From Candidatus Bathyarchaeota archaeon (lineage in GTDB: Archaea > Thermoproteota > Bathyarchaeia > Bathyarchaeales > Bathycorpusculaceae): a DNA stretch of 64,000 bases. The position numbers and the translations under genes were made by a program. Numbering within the stretch: the stretch's first letter is position 1; the number at the start of each line of letters is the position of its first letter. Positions 1 through 10,324 of this stretch are shown in pieces. The stretch is taken from positions 1 to 64,000 of the forward strand of contig CAWGYA010000008.1 in NCBI GenBank assembly GCA_963826715.1, in the 5' to 3' direction. Below the pieces are notes generated by a model that was given only the letters and a program-made list of their open reading frames with translations, was not told the origin of the DNA and did not search any database.

Positions 1-898
1 TGCCTTTTGCGTAGGCTGCACCGTTTTTGCCCATCATCATTAATAGAGGGGACAGGGCGGGTAGAGCGTAGTAGAATAGTCTGATGATGAATGTGGGTTT
101 TGAGAAGCTGAGGGCTTGGTATATTCCAAGGGTTGTTCTACGTTTATAGGCTTCTTCTTCTTGGGCATTTGAGGTTCTTTTAGTTGTCACATAGGCTTCT
201 GAACAGAAATATGCTTTAAAACCCAGTTCAAGTGCCTTAAACAAAAGAAATGAGTCCTCGGCTATGCAGGGAGGGATTGGCATTATTTCCTCGAGCACAT
301 CTCTTTTGATTAGCATTAATTCTCCGCTAGCGCACACATTGAAGCGTTGCCGAATGGGATTGAGGATCCTATAAAACATTACTTGAGGACCCTCGTCAAC
401 GTGAACACGACAATAAACTAAGTCAGCTTTAGATCCTAAACAAGCTAATGCTAATTTATGATTATGGATTTTTGTGTCGCAATCGTTAAAGATTACGATT
501 TTTGCAGATTTTGGGATAAATTTTGAGGCATAATTGATGGCTTCCCATTTGCCATTAGCCTCTCGATAGACAACGTTTGGGTGATCATATTTTTCACCGC
601 AAACAATAATATAGGATAATCCAAGATCTTCTAGTTCAGCAATTTTTTGTGGGACATTTGCTGCGTCTCGTGCGCATACTATAACAAAATTTTTTGAAAA
701 TTTCTGTTTTGAATTAGAGAACCAATCTTTTACATATATTCCATTAGGGGTTTCCAGATCAAGGGTGGGTTCTTCAATCGGATCTGAAGATATGGTTTCC
801 AAGGTAGCCTCATCAAGACTGATAGCATTGGTTAATTCGTCATCTTTGTCAAAAAGCTCCGATGTTTGTTTACTCTTTTTGGTTTCTTGAGTAGCCAT
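1..898 (-). CDS. Glycosyltransferase family 2-like protein (3' end runs off the window)
   Basis: Not in the ORF track. Translated by hand from ATG at 898: MATQETKKSK...GKWEAIN...IFNDCDT (DxD motif)...ASGELMLIKR...IAEDS. These are GT-A fold motifs, and the frame is open to position 1. Confidence 0.8.
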   Translation of the reverse strand, partial: MATQETKKSKQTSELFDKDDELTNAISLDEATLETISSDPIEEPTLDLETPNGIYVKDWFSNSKQKFSKNFVIVCARDAANVPQKIAELEDLGLSYIIVCGEKYDHPNVVYREANGKWEAINYASKFIPKSAKIVIFNDCDTKIHNHKLALACLGSKADLVYCRVHVDEGPQVMFYRILNPIRQRFNVCASGELMLIKRDVLEEIMPIPPCIAEDSFLLFKALELGFKAYFCSEAYVTTKRTSNAQEEEAYKRRTTLGIYQALSFSKPTFIIRLFYYALPALSPLLMMMGKNGAAYAKG

Positions 899-1025
899 CC
901 TTATCCTTACTCCATACCCTACTATGCTGGTTATCGCTTATAGTATTTGTTGATATATAATACTTACTACAGATTCACATTTGCAAGAAATCATTGTAGC
1001 CAGATGCAAGAAGCCTTTCAACCAG

Positions 1026-1940
1026 TTAATTGCTGTTAATTCGCTGGGCAAGTTTATGTTCCATTCTTTTAATCAAAGCAGACATGCTTGCAAGAGTAAC
1101 AGACTGAGAACCAAAGAGCAAAAGCAAAACACCAGCAAGCGCCCAGCCACTATGCCAAACACCCACAAATAACTGCCTATAAACAACCCAACCTAAAATA
1201 CCCAAAGCGGGAATAAACACTAACCCACTAATTGCAGATAAAAGAAGGACCGGATTATATTTCCATGCTAATTTTACTACAGCTGAAAGTATACCAAATC
1301 CATTCCAGGTTGATAGTTTGCCTTTTCCAATTCTCTCTCTATAACCAATCGGCACCTCAGTTACAGAGTCAGTAACTGCGCTTTGGGCAGCAATTTCTAC
1401 TTCAGTCATGAAACCTTTAGAGCTAAGTTCAAGGCTCTTTGCAAACGTTGTATTTAACAAATACATCCCAGAACAAACATCAGATAAGCCTGACCCGAAA
1501 AGTACGTTAAAAGATTTTGTTATCACCCAATTACCCACTCGATGCAGCCTACTGATATTTTTGCGGTCCCTAACACCAATGACTTGAGCATATTTGTCAG
1601 CGTGAGTTAGTATACGTTGGATATCTTCGGCGGGATAAGTGTAGTCACCGTCAATTAACAGAAGATATGGTGTTGCCACGTTTTCTATTGCAGTTTTAAC
1701 TGCACCCGTTTTCCCTTTGCCATGCTGTGAAATTACCCGAACACCATTCTTCGCGGTAAGGATATCTAATGTTTTATCTGTTGAGTAACCATCAACAGCC
1801 AAAATATGCTTAAAACCTTCAGAGTGCAACTCGTCAATGACGTGACTTATAGCTAATTCTTCATTTTTAACAGGCACTACAACTGTAACTTGATCTTTAG
1901 TTATCTCTAAAATCTCGCTGCTCATTTGATTTATGAACAA
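1026..1940 (-). CDS. Glycosyltransferase family 2, polyprenol-phosphate glycosyltransferase (DPM1/GtrB-like) with two C-terminal TM helices
   Basis: Motifs VVVPVKNEE, VDGYSTDKT, IDGDYTYP and DVCSGM, followed by a hydrophobic C-terminus. The start may be the ATG at 1925. Confidence 0.9.
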   Translation of the reverse strand: MFINQMSSEILEITKDQVTVVVPVKNEELAISHVIDELHSEGFKHILAVDGYSTDKTLDILTAKNGVRVISQHGKGKTGAVKTAIENVATPYLLLIDGDYTYPAEDIQRILTHADKYAQVIGVRDRKNISRLHRVGNWVITKSFNVLFGSGLSDVCSGMYLLNTTFAKSLELSSKGFMTEVEIAAQSAVTDSVTEVPIGYRERIGKGKLSTWNGFGILSAVVKLAWKYNPVLLLSAISGLVFIPALGILGWVVYRQLFVGVWHSGWALAGVLLLLFGSQSVTLASMSALIKRMEHKLAQRINSN

Positions 1941-2017
1941 ATCTGGAGTATCTAAACGTTTTGAAAATTGACTAATGATTTAAACATCTCCAATTACCTA
2001 TGCGCATCAAACATGCA

Positions 2018-2476
2018 TCACCGAGTATTCATGTGACCAACCGCTAAAAATCTAGCAAAATCGGTATCAAAAGCCCAACTGATAGCTGAATGGTTGCCCC
2101 AACCAAAGGATATGTCACTGATTTTTTGAGCCAGAGATAAACCAACTATCCTTACCATCCGATCAACAACGCTCTCTGATGCCGTCTTTAGTTTTTCTAT
2201 TATGGCCGTCAACACTTTGGCCAGTTTTGCACTGCGGATGTATTGCACGTATTGTGTAGTAAGGTCTAGTATGCCTCGCTCGACTCTGTTTAAGGCGCGA
2301 AACCAGATTCCGCGTCTTTGAGCAAACTTTTTTATGAGAGCGAGGTCTGAACCTCGAGCACCAAAAGATACTTTGGCTTTGATTAGACTGTGAAATGATC
2401 TAAGCAAACCCGCAGGTTTTCTAGCGTACAAATGTTTCCCCTCTCTCTCAACCGCTCTTTTATCATGATATTCCAT
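2018..2476 (-). CDS. Basic hypothetical protein
   Basis: 152-aa Arg/Lys-rich ORF (WFRALNRVERGILDLT) that fills the gap, same orientation as the GT2 genes. Confidence 0.6.
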   Translation of the reverse strand: MEYHDKRAVEREGKHLYARKPAGLLRSFHSLIKAKVSFGARGSDLALIKKFAQRRGIWFRALNRVERGILDLTTQYVQYIRSAKLAKVLTAIIEKLKTASESVVDRMVRIVGLSLAQKISDISFGWGNHSAISWAFDTDFARFLAVGHMNTR

Positions 2477-2770
2477 AAAAGCCTTTCGAATGCAGCATTC
2501 ACGTAAACAATAAAATATACAGACAAAAAAACTAATAAAATAAAATATTTAACAACAATAAGTATTATTTACAAAAATTAAACAAAGCTAATAAAGCCCA
2601 CATAAATTAATATACAAAAAACCAAACAAATCATCAGAAAAACAGCTGCACATATAAAAAATTCCAACTGCAAAGGCGAAAACTAAAAATTGCCACAAGA
2701 TACAAATAACAGAACCGAAATAGATTTCAACAACCCTCCACACTATATTATATAGTAAGAGACCACATAT

Positions 2771-3361
2771 ATGGAAGAGAACGCCTGTACCGAGGATCCA
2801 CGCTACATAGAAACAAGAAAAACAGTCCAAGCTTTTGAACGACGATTCAAACTCTACATCATTTTCTCCATTCTATATGGATTGATATTTGTAAATTACA
2901 TCGACATCATAGTAAATGGAGGGGGCACAGAAGGCTACCATTTATGGCTCGTCATCATGTACTTCTTTCCCTTCATCGCCTTAACGATATTTTTCCCCAA
3001 AAATTGGCAACTAACACTCGGATTGGGACTCATAGTATCTCTCATGAATGATGTATTCTACGGAGTAGTCCGTAATTTCATGGGGGTTCCGATGGATTTA
3101 GGTTGGTACTACAGTCGCTGGCTCATTCCAGGAGATGCAGTGCTGTTTAACCTAAATCTGGGTTTCGCAACCATCCAAGTCACCTCATGGATGATGGCTC
3201 TAACAATCTATGCAAGAATCGCAGTGGTCGTCCTTCTACTAAGATCTTGGAAGGCACAAGCAAAAATCCGCTGCCTAAACAATGCCGCATCAAAAAAGAA
3301 ACGCCTAAAGCTACCCCAATGGACAAACAATATCTTGCAAAAACTTGGGCTAACAAACTAG
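2771..3361 (+). CDS. Multi-pass membrane protein, paralog of 3404..3967
   Basis: About 4 hydrophobic segments. Shares the blocks SILYGLIFxNYID, MYFFPFIAL, PKNWQL and SLMND with the convergent neighbour. TATA-like TATATTATAT near 2744. Confidence 0.8.
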   Translation: MEENACTEDPRYIETRKTVQAFERRFKLYIIFSILYGLIFVNYIDIIVNGGGTEGYHLWLVIMYFFPFIALTIFFPKNWQLTLGLGLIVSLMNDVFYGVVRNFMGVPMDLGWYYSRWLIPGDAVLFNLNLGFATIQVTSWMMALTIYARIAVVVLLLRSWKAQAKIRCLNNAASKKKRLKLPQWTNNILQKLGLTN

Positions 3362-3403
3362 AAAACCCCTTTCCTAATCACTGTTTTCTCTTTTTGAACT
3401 TCA

Positions 3404-3967
3404 TTAAAAATAATTAAACCTTGCATGTCTCCTCCAAATCCACAACAAACCAACAACCAAAATTATCCGCGCATATATGGAGAGGGCCATCATCCAAGAA
3501 TAAACAGGCAATACAGTAAAACCGAGATTCAGACTAAAAAGAAGATCACCTTGAGGAATCAGCCATAAACTAAAGTATTTACTTAAATCAACACTCATTC
3601 CGATGGCGTACTTTACGGTTCCATAGAATAAATCGTTCATAAGAGAGGAAATTAAGCCAAGACCCACTACAAGCTGCCAATTCTTGGGAAATGTTATAAA
3701 CAGTGCTATGAATGGGAAAAAATACATTACTGTTAGCCAAATGTGATAGCCATACCCGGAGAAGAGGATGTCGATATAGTTTATGAAAATTAATCCGTAG
3801 AGTATGGATAGAACTATGTAGGGCCAAAATTTCTTCCCAAAAAAAGCAAACTCTTGCCTTGTCTGCACCTGTTTAGGGCTCTCAATAGGAATCTGACGTA
3901 TATTCGTCAAAGTTTGCCGTTTACCCAGTATTTTTCGGAAAACCCGAATACCGAAATCGTTGGACAT
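3404..3967 (-). CDS. Multi-pass membrane protein, paralog of 2771..3361
   Basis: Same conserved blocks as 2771..3361. Purine-rich RBS (GGAGAAGG) upstream on the - strand. Confidence 0.8.
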   Translation of the reverse strand: MSNDFGIRVFRKILGKRQTLTNIRQIPIESPKQVQTRQEFAFFGKKFWPYIVLSILYGLIFINYIDILFSGYGYHIWLTVMYFFPFIALFITFPKNWQLVVGLGLISSLMNDLFYGTVKYAIGMSVDLSKYFSLWLIPQGDLLFSLNLGFTVLPVYSWMMALSIYARIILVVGLLWIWRRHARFNYF

Positions 3968-4164
3968 TACCTTCTCCTTCCTTCAACCCAAATACCAAAA
4001 CTAAGCTAACAAACCTAAGCTTTTAACCCATATTTCAACAATAGGATTATGTCAAACAACGCCATAACCCCACAAGCACACCCAAAACTGAAAAGAAAAA
4101 ACTTCGCCCAAAAAAATAGCCAATCAACTAGCTACGAGTACTACCTCAACATTTGAAGACCATC

Positions 4165-4770
4165 TCAAACCTGCAACTTTGCAGCAGCAAGCTTTGCTTT
4201 AGTGATGGCTTCAAAAGTAACTCTACGGTGATAAACCCGCGCAACAATGCATATCCCCGCCGCCACAATAGCCAACAAAAACGGCCACTGAAAAGCCGAA
4301 AACACAGCCACACTAACGGTAGCACCCATGGTAAAACTCGCAGGCAAAACAACATTAAAACTCCCAGATAAAGGAATGCTCATCCCCGAAAAAGCCTGCA
4401 CCGCAAGAGTTGTAACAAAAAGACCAGCCACATAAATAATCACCATATACAACGGCTTACGATAACCAAAACTCAACAAATCCATCGAAAACGACCTCGC
4501 AGGAAAAACACTATAGATCAACAGCACAACTCCACTTATCGTCAAAGTCAACATACCAATAACGTTTAAAGCCCAAATCAAAGGCACAGTAAACACCGTA
4601 CCCATTAACCCAAAACTAGTATTCACAGGAGACGTATTCACAACAAACAAATTCTCACCTATGACCAAACGCCACCACGAAAAATAAAACGAAATCGGAA
4701 CAAGCACCAACAACAAAGCTGCGCCAACCAAAGCAAACCAATTAATCTCTTTTAAATTCATCAATATCAC
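4165..4770 (-). CDS. Hypothetical membrane protein (~4 TM)
   Basis: Hydrophobic 201-aa ORF whose start overlaps the stop of 4767..5363. Confidence 0.75.
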   Translation of the reverse strand: MILMNLKEINWFALVGAALLLVLVPISFYFSWWRLVIGENLFVVNTSPVNTSFGLMGTVFTVPLIWALNVIGMLTLTISGVVLLIYSVFPARSFSMDLLSFGYRKPLYMVIIYVAGLFVTTLAVQAFSGMSIPLSGSFNVVLPASFTMGATVSVAVFSAFQWPFLLAIVAAGICIVARVYHRRVTFEAITKAKLAAAKLQV

Positions 4771-5363
4771 CCTAAAGTTCCCATATACTGTTGAAGTTCA
4801 GGCGGGATCTGGATATCGCCGATGTTTTGTTTATCAATATGAACCATTACCCCCGCAACATCCACATTAAAATCAACAAAATCAAGATTAACAGAGCTCA
4901 AATTAGTATTTTTCAAATAATTAAAGCCCTCATCAGATAACACGCCAAGCGCAGTTATGTCAACACTCTCTCCCGGAGCCAACTTTATCGGATCCTTAAT
5001 GGACACATTACCCAAAAAGATACCATCACTAGTCACAACGCCACCGGAAAGCTCATTCACACTTAGATCCGTCTTTAAAGGATTAGTAAAATCAAAGCTA
5101 AATGAAGCCGTCTTTGTCGCAGCATCAAACTGAGGCTCACCCACAGGCTCAGGAAGCTTAAAATCAGAACCCAAAAAACTCGAAGCCATATCCTCACCAT
5201 TGTCGTCACCATTTATCAATTGGAGAACCTGTGGAGGAACAACCAAAGCCATCAAATCATTTTGATTTTGCAAAACCACAAAAACTATTGGCGCAACAAT
5301 TATCAAAATGCTAAGCAACGTAAGGGCAAGCTTTACAATTCTCAAAGCCACATCATCAATCAT
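4767..5363 (-). CDS. Membrane-anchored exported protein, LEA-2/Ig-like fold suspected
   Basis: N-terminal TM helix followed by an acidic beta-rich domain with FTNPL and LAPGES motifs. Confidence 0.7.
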   Translation of the reverse strand: MIDDVALRIVKLALTLLSILIIVAPIVFVVLQNQNDLMALVVPPQVLQLINGDDNGEDMASSFLGSDFKLPEPVGEPQFDAATKTASFSFDFTNPLKTDLSVNELSGGVVTSDGIFLGNVSIKDPIKLAPGESVDITALGVLSDEGFNYLKNTNLSSVNLDFVDFNVDVAGVMVHIDKQNIGDIQIPPELQQYMGTLG

Positions 5364-5481
5364 AAGCTATAATTCTTAAGCATTTATTGTTTATGAATTT
5401 CAAGCAACTAAACACTAAGCAAACCAAAAACAAAAACAGATAATCCTATTAATTACCAAAACACCTAGAATTAGGGCTTAA

Positions 5482-5730
5482 ATGCCAGAAATTTTAGACA
5501 GACCAATAGTCGTTAGCTTCCTAAAACAAGCCTTCGAACAATGCCCACAACTAGAAGGCAAATCAATTAAACTGATGCCGCCAAACGCAGACAGCGTACA
5601 CTCCAAAGGTTATCAAATACACATCCAACCCAACAGCGTCAACTTTGAAAAATGCATGCAACCCATAATCAAAAAACACAACTTATCCATGATACATGAA
5701 GAAAACACGTTAATAATATTCAACCCCTAG
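5482..5730 (+). CDS. Small hypothetical protein
   Basis: 82-aa ORF with ATG start, TATA-like TATTAATT near 5447 and local codon usage. Confidence 0.65.
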   Translation: MPEILDRPIVVSFLKQAFEQCPQLEGKSIKLMPPNADSVHSKGYQIHIQPNSVNFEKCMQPIIKKHNLSMIHEENTLIIFNP

Positions 5731-5866
5731 AAAGAACCTACCGCACAATTTTACCTCAATAAATAAAACAGAAAAATAGACAGTAGCTATCCAGACAAAA
5801 AATAAGAGGCCGAATTGTTTCACCTTTCAAAAAATTCTTAAACAAATCCACATACAATACTATACA

Positions 5867-6337
5867 GTGAATTCGATGATTTCTGCAAGAAACATTATTG
5901 AATTATTAGAAAGAGAAAAAATCGTAGCATACTTTGTTCTCCTATGGGCTGGATCATTCTTCTTCTGGAACATAGGCTCCGAAATCTACTATGCAACACA
6001 CCTTAACTCTGCACTAAGCGGATTTGCAGCATTTAACAATCTGCTTGAAATATTGGCAGGCGTTGTGCTAGCTTTGCTTGGATTCAAACTCCTAGGCATG
6101 AAACTACTTCCCATGTTTTCAAAAGAAAAGCTACTAGTCTACTTTTTGCTACTTTGGGCAGGCACATTCTTCTTCTGGGCCATCTATGACATAGTTGATG
6201 TTGGACCATTAACCGCAGAAGCAGGTTTTAGACTCTTAGGTTCATTATGTGACTTAGGCGCTGGAGCAGTACTTGCATTCTTAGGCTGGAAACTTTACAC
6301 AAGCAACGACAAACCACTCCCCCCACCACCACAATAA
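5867..6337 (+). CDS. Membrane protein with an internal duplication (2 x 2 TM)
   Basis: Repeated halves EKIVAYFVLLWAGSFFFW...AGVVLALLGFKL and EKLLVYFLLLWAGTFFFW...AGAVLAFLGWKL, then a poly-Pro tail. Confidence 0.8.
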   Translation: MNSMISARNIIELLEREKIVAYFVLLWAGSFFFWNIGSEIYYATHLNSALSGFAAFNNLLEILAGVVLALLGFKLLGMKLLPMFSKEKLLVYFLLLWAGTFFFWAIYDIVDVGPLTAEAGFRLLGSLCDLGAGAVLAFLGWKLYTSNDKPLPPPPQ

Positions 6338-6789
6338 CCAAAGACACCAAAACCCCCAAACCCCCTTTTTCCAAAACTACTCAATTCTTTACAATATAAA
6401 ATTCAATTTTGACCACCGCTCTTTGAAGTAACCTTTAACACTACAAATTTCACTCTACTTAAGTAATAAATAATTTAAATCCAAAGTTCTAAAATAAAAA
6501 AATAATTGATCATAACAAACAAAAAAATACCATAACAATTTCCAACCCCCCAAAAAAAAGCCAACTAAACAACAAAAAAAATTTGATTCTGCCCTAAAAA
6601 AGAAAACAAATCAAGGTTCTATTGACTGATGCAGTTCCTCCCCTACATTAATCAATATAAATAAAGATATCCGTTTTTATGTTACCCTTCTTAACAACCA
6701 GTTGCGAGTAACAGCCAACTAAAAGCCCAAAAGCCTTCAAAAAGTTAAATATTTTTTAATTCAAATAGTAATTTAAGAAGTGATTAACT

Positions 6790-7209
6790 GTGGAAGAGTT
6801 ATTTGGTGATATCAGTTTAGTTTTAAATATAGTTGCTCTTGCACTTGTTATTATTGGTGTTTTTGGCCGCAGAACCTCTAGAAAGGCTCTGATGAGACAC
6901 GGTTACTTATCTATCCTGGGATTTGCTATTAAATTAGTAACTGTCTTCGCAGTTATGATACCCATACTTTTTACTGAAATGCCTGAAATAATAGAGTTCT
7001 CAGCACTCCCACTTGGACTTGTTACATCAAAGATTGTTTTAGGTATTGCCGGTGATGTCATGGGTTTCGTTTGTATTGTTCCTTGGTTTTTAAAGCCTTT
7101 AGCGCAGATGAATTGCAACCGAGTTAAACGCTGGATGTTACCTACATTCATAGTGTGGATTGTATCAATAATTCTTGGCGTAATTATTCATCTTGGTAAA
7201 ATTCTATAA
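6790..7209 (+). CDS. 4-TM membrane protein (DUF420-like)
   Basis: Four hydrophobic helices with His at the start of TM2 (LMRHG). RBS-like AAGTGA upstream. Confidence 0.65.
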   Translation: MEELFGDISLVLNIVALALVIIGVFGRRTSRKALMRHGYLSILGFAIKLVTVFAVMIPILFTEMPEIIEFSALPLGLVTSKIVLGIAGDVMGFVCIVPWFLKPLAQMNCNRVKRWMLPTFIVWIVSIILGVIIHLGKIL

Positions 7210-7382
7210 ACGCTACCCTCATTCACAAGCAAATAGCCAACCCCTTAACTCCACGACAAAAAATTAACATTTTATCCATAAAGAAGGTCACAGAAATCAA
7301 ATTAAATAGATTAATAAACTCCAAAATTTACGTGATAAACCAAAGAAGGTCTAAGAATTCCAAATTCTCTTTTAAAATTTGA

Positions 7383-9341
7383 GTGACAAAAATGCCCAGA
7401 GAAACAGTACTCGGAAACGGACGCCTAACAGTTGCAATTGACAACAAGCTAAACATACGGGATTTCTCTTACCCAGAAGAAGGTTTAGAAAATCACGCCA
7501 AAGGACACCCATTCCGTATAGGTGTTTGGACAGAAGGGACTTTCTCATGGTTAGGAGATGAATGGAACGTTACATCAAAATATTTACCAGATACCTTAGT
7601 CAGCCAATGCTCAGCGCTAAACCCAAAACAAAAAATTGAATTAAAAATAAACGACACCGTCTACAATTTTCAAGACCTGTTTTTAAGAAAAATTCGAGTC
7701 ACAAACTTATCTGAAAAAGACCGCGAAGTCAGAATCTTCTTTTCTCACGATTTTCACATCTATGGCGAAAAATCCGGTGACACCGCTTTTTATGAACCAA
7801 CCAACAAATCAATAATTCACTACAAACGCTGCCGATACTTTCTCGTCAACGGATTAGTTGAATCAAATAAGGATGGTCTCTACGAATTCTCAACAGGACA
7901 AAAAGAATCCTTCGGCAAAGAAGGCACCTGGAAAGACGCAGAAGACGGAAAATTAGAAAAAAACCCCATTGCACAGGGCGCTGTAGATTCAACCGTTTCA
8001 TTTAAACTCAACATGAAATCACAAACAACCGACACTATGTACTACTGGATAGCATGCGGAAAAAACATCCAAGAAGTAAGAGACCTCAACATCTTAGTCA
8101 AAAACGAAAAAGTAGAACAACTCTTAATGAAAACAGAAGACTACTGGAGCGCCTGGACCAACAGAAGAAGCATAGACCTCTCAATCCTACCAAAAGAAAT
8201 CTCAAATTTAGTAAAAAGATCACTTTTGACAATGAGGACCCAGGTAGGCGACACTGGCGCAATCATCTCTTCATGCGACTCAGATGTCTTATACTTTAAC
8301 AAAGACACCTACGCCTACGTCTGGCCAAGAGACGCAGCAATATGCGCCCAAGCATTTGACACAGCAGGATTTCAAGAAATCTCACGACTATTCTTCGGCT
8401 TCTGCAACAAAATAATATCAGAAGAAGGCTATTTCGCCCATAAATATTGGGCAGACGGATCCCCAGGAAGCAGCTGGCACGCACTAATTGATGAAACAGG
8501 ACATCACCAACTACCCATCCAAGTAGATGAAACCGCTCTCGTCTTAATTGCCCTCTGGAAACATTTTGAAAAATACCAAGACGTTGAATTCATCAGCAAA
8601 GTCTATCCAAAACTAATCATAAAAACTGCAGATTTCCTAAAAAACTACATAAACCAAGAAACAAACCTCCCAAAACCATCCTTTGACATATGGGAAGAAA
8701 AAGCAGGAACATTCACAGCCAGCGCAGCATGCGTTTATGGCGCATTAACAGCCGCAGCAAAATTCGCGGAAGTGTTCTATGATATTAAACGTCAAAAAGA
8801 ACTAAACAAAATTGCCCAAAAAATGAAAGAAGCAATCACAAAAACTCTCTATAACCAAGACCTCAAAAGATTCATAAAAGGCATCTACCCCAACGACCAA
8901 ATCGACACCACATTAGACAGCAGCCTAAGCTTTATTTTTCTCACCGAAACCTTCGATCCACAAGACACGCAAGTCATAGAAACAATGACAGCCCTACAAG
9001 AAAAACTATGGATTGACAACGCTTACAGCGGAATGGCAAGATACGAAGACGACGAATACTATCGAGTTTCAAAAAACATTAAAGGAAACCCCTGGGTAAT
9101 ATGCACGCTTTGGCTAGCAAGATGGAACATTGCAAAAGCAAACTCAAAAGAGGATCTAAACAAGGCTCTAGAACTACTCAACGCCGTAGCGAAAACTGCA
9201 TCGCCCACAGGGCTCCTACCAGAACAAATAGACCCATATACCGGAGAACCTAAATCAGTATCGCCACTCACCTGGAGCCACGCGGAATTTGTTTTAACCG
9301 CAAGCGAATACATAGAAAAATACAAAAAACTATACAACTAA
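7383..9341 (+). CDS. Glycoside hydrolase family 15 (glucoamylase/trehalase-like)
   Basis: Motifs YAYVWPRDA, QVDETA, DIWEE, GLLPEQ and SPLTWSHA. Confidence 0.92.
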   Translation: MTKMPRETVLGNGRLTVAIDNKLNIRDFSYPEEGLENHAKGHPFRIGVWTEGTFSWLGDEWNVTSKYLPDTLVSQCSALNPKQKIELKINDTVYNFQDLFLRKIRVTNLSEKDREVRIFFSHDFHIYGEKSGDTAFYEPTNKSIIHYKRCRYFLVNGLVESNKDGLYEFSTGQKESFGKEGTWKDAEDGKLEKNPIAQGAVDSTVSFKLNMKSQTTDTMYYWIACGKNIQEVRDLNILVKNEKVEQLLMKTEDYWSAWTNRRSIDLSILPKEISNLVKRSLLTMRTQVGDTGAIISSCDSDVLYFNKDTYAYVWPRDAAICAQAFDTAGFQEISRLFFGFCNKIISEEGYFAHKYWADGSPGSSWHALIDETGHHQLPIQVDETALVLIALWKHFEKYQDVEFISKVYPKLIIKTADFLKNYINQETNLPKPSFDIWEEKAGTFTASAACVYGALTAAAKFAEVFYDIKRQKELNKIAQKMKEAITKTLYNQDLKRFIKGIYPNDQIDTTLDSSLSFIFLTETFDPQDTQVIETMTALQEKLWIDNAYSGMARYEDDEYYRVSKNIKGNPWVICTLWLARWNIAKANSKEDLNKALELLNAVAKTASPTGLLPEQIDPYTGEPKSVSPLTWSHAEFVLTASEYIEKYKKLYN

Positions 9342-9356
9342 CACGAGGAAAAAACC

Positions 9357-9680
9357 GTGGAATTTATCAAAGTATGCAACCTAGAAATAGCCCCTCCGCC
9401 AGGAAATCTAAAAGAATTCAAAATAGACAAACTCGAAATCTTACTTATTAACGTCAACGGAAAATTCTTCTGCACAAGCGCCAGATGCCCACATTCTGGA
9501 GGAGCCCCACTTTCCGAAGGCACCATAGACGGAACAGTATTAACCTGTCCATGGCATGAAGCACAATTCAGAGTAACAGACGGTCAAGTACTAAGAGGAC
9601 CCGCCACAGAGAACTTAATTTCTTATAAAACAATAATAAAAGACAATCAAATCTTTATTGAACCAACAACCAAAAACTAA
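9357..9680 (+). CDS. Rieske-type [2Fe-2S] ferredoxin
   Basis: Ligand motifs CPH and CPWH, plus GPA. GAGG RBS upstream. Confidence 0.92.
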   Translation: MEFIKVCNLEIAPPPGNLKEFKIDKLEILLINVNGKFFCTSARCPHSGGAPLSEGTIDGTVLTCPWHEAQFRVTDGQVLRGPATENLISYKTIIKDNQIFIEPTTKN

Positions 9681-9780
9681 ACAAAACAAACAGAAGATGA
9701 AACAAAAACCCTCAAAAGTTTTATTTTCAAAAGCTTATAAGCAGAATCAATCAAACACCCCTTATCCCCAAGGTACCAAT

Positions 9781-10324
9781 ATGAATTCAAACTTGAAGTC
9801 TCTAATTGTTGTACATTCTTACCACCATAACAACACCCAAAAAATAGCCCAAGCCATGGCTAAGACTCTGGAAGCAAAGGTTAAATCTCCAAAAGAAACT
9901 AACCCCCAAGAACTTAATCAGTATGACCTTATAGGATTCGGAGCAGGAATAGACAGCGGAAAACACTACAGAGAACTAATAGAGTTTGTTGATTCCCTGC
10001 CACAAAATAACAACAGAAAAGCATTCATTTTCTCAACCAGCGGTGTGACAGGAGAAAAAAAACGCACCAAAGACCACTCAACCCTCAGAATAAAAACTGC
10101 AAGCTAAAGGTTACACAATTGTTGATGAATTTCAATGCAAAGGCTTCAACACTAACCTATTTCTCAAATATTTCGGAGGTATGAATAAAGAAAGACCAAA
10201 CAGCGAAGACCTCAAAAACGCAAAAGACTTCGCTGAAAAACTGAAGGCATTAACCTTAAACCCAAAAAAACCACAAACCTGGAGCCAAACACATGTTAAT
10301 GGACAAAAGTTCTTTATTTCGTGA
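9781..10324 (+). pseudogene. Flavodoxin family protein, split by a one-base frameshift
   Basis: ATG 9781 gives HSYHHNNT...YDLIGFGAGI...AFIFSTSG. An extra A in the run at 10092-10096 shifts the frame; the other frame continues KLQAKGYTIVDEFQCKG...GGMNKERPNSEDL to TGA at 10324. Could be a sequencing error. Confidence 0.8.

Noticed and set aside
6621-6656. Imperfect hairpin ATTGACTGATGCAG / CTACATTAATCAAT with a TTCCTCCC loop
   Set aside because: Only 11/14 pairs in AT-rich DNA, with no promoter/terminator context or second copy; may be chance.
9658-9780. N-terminal 41 codons of ORF 9658..10107
   Set aside because: Low-complexity K/Q sequence crossing the Rieske stop and a TATA-like TTATAA; flavodoxin similarity begins at ATG 9781.
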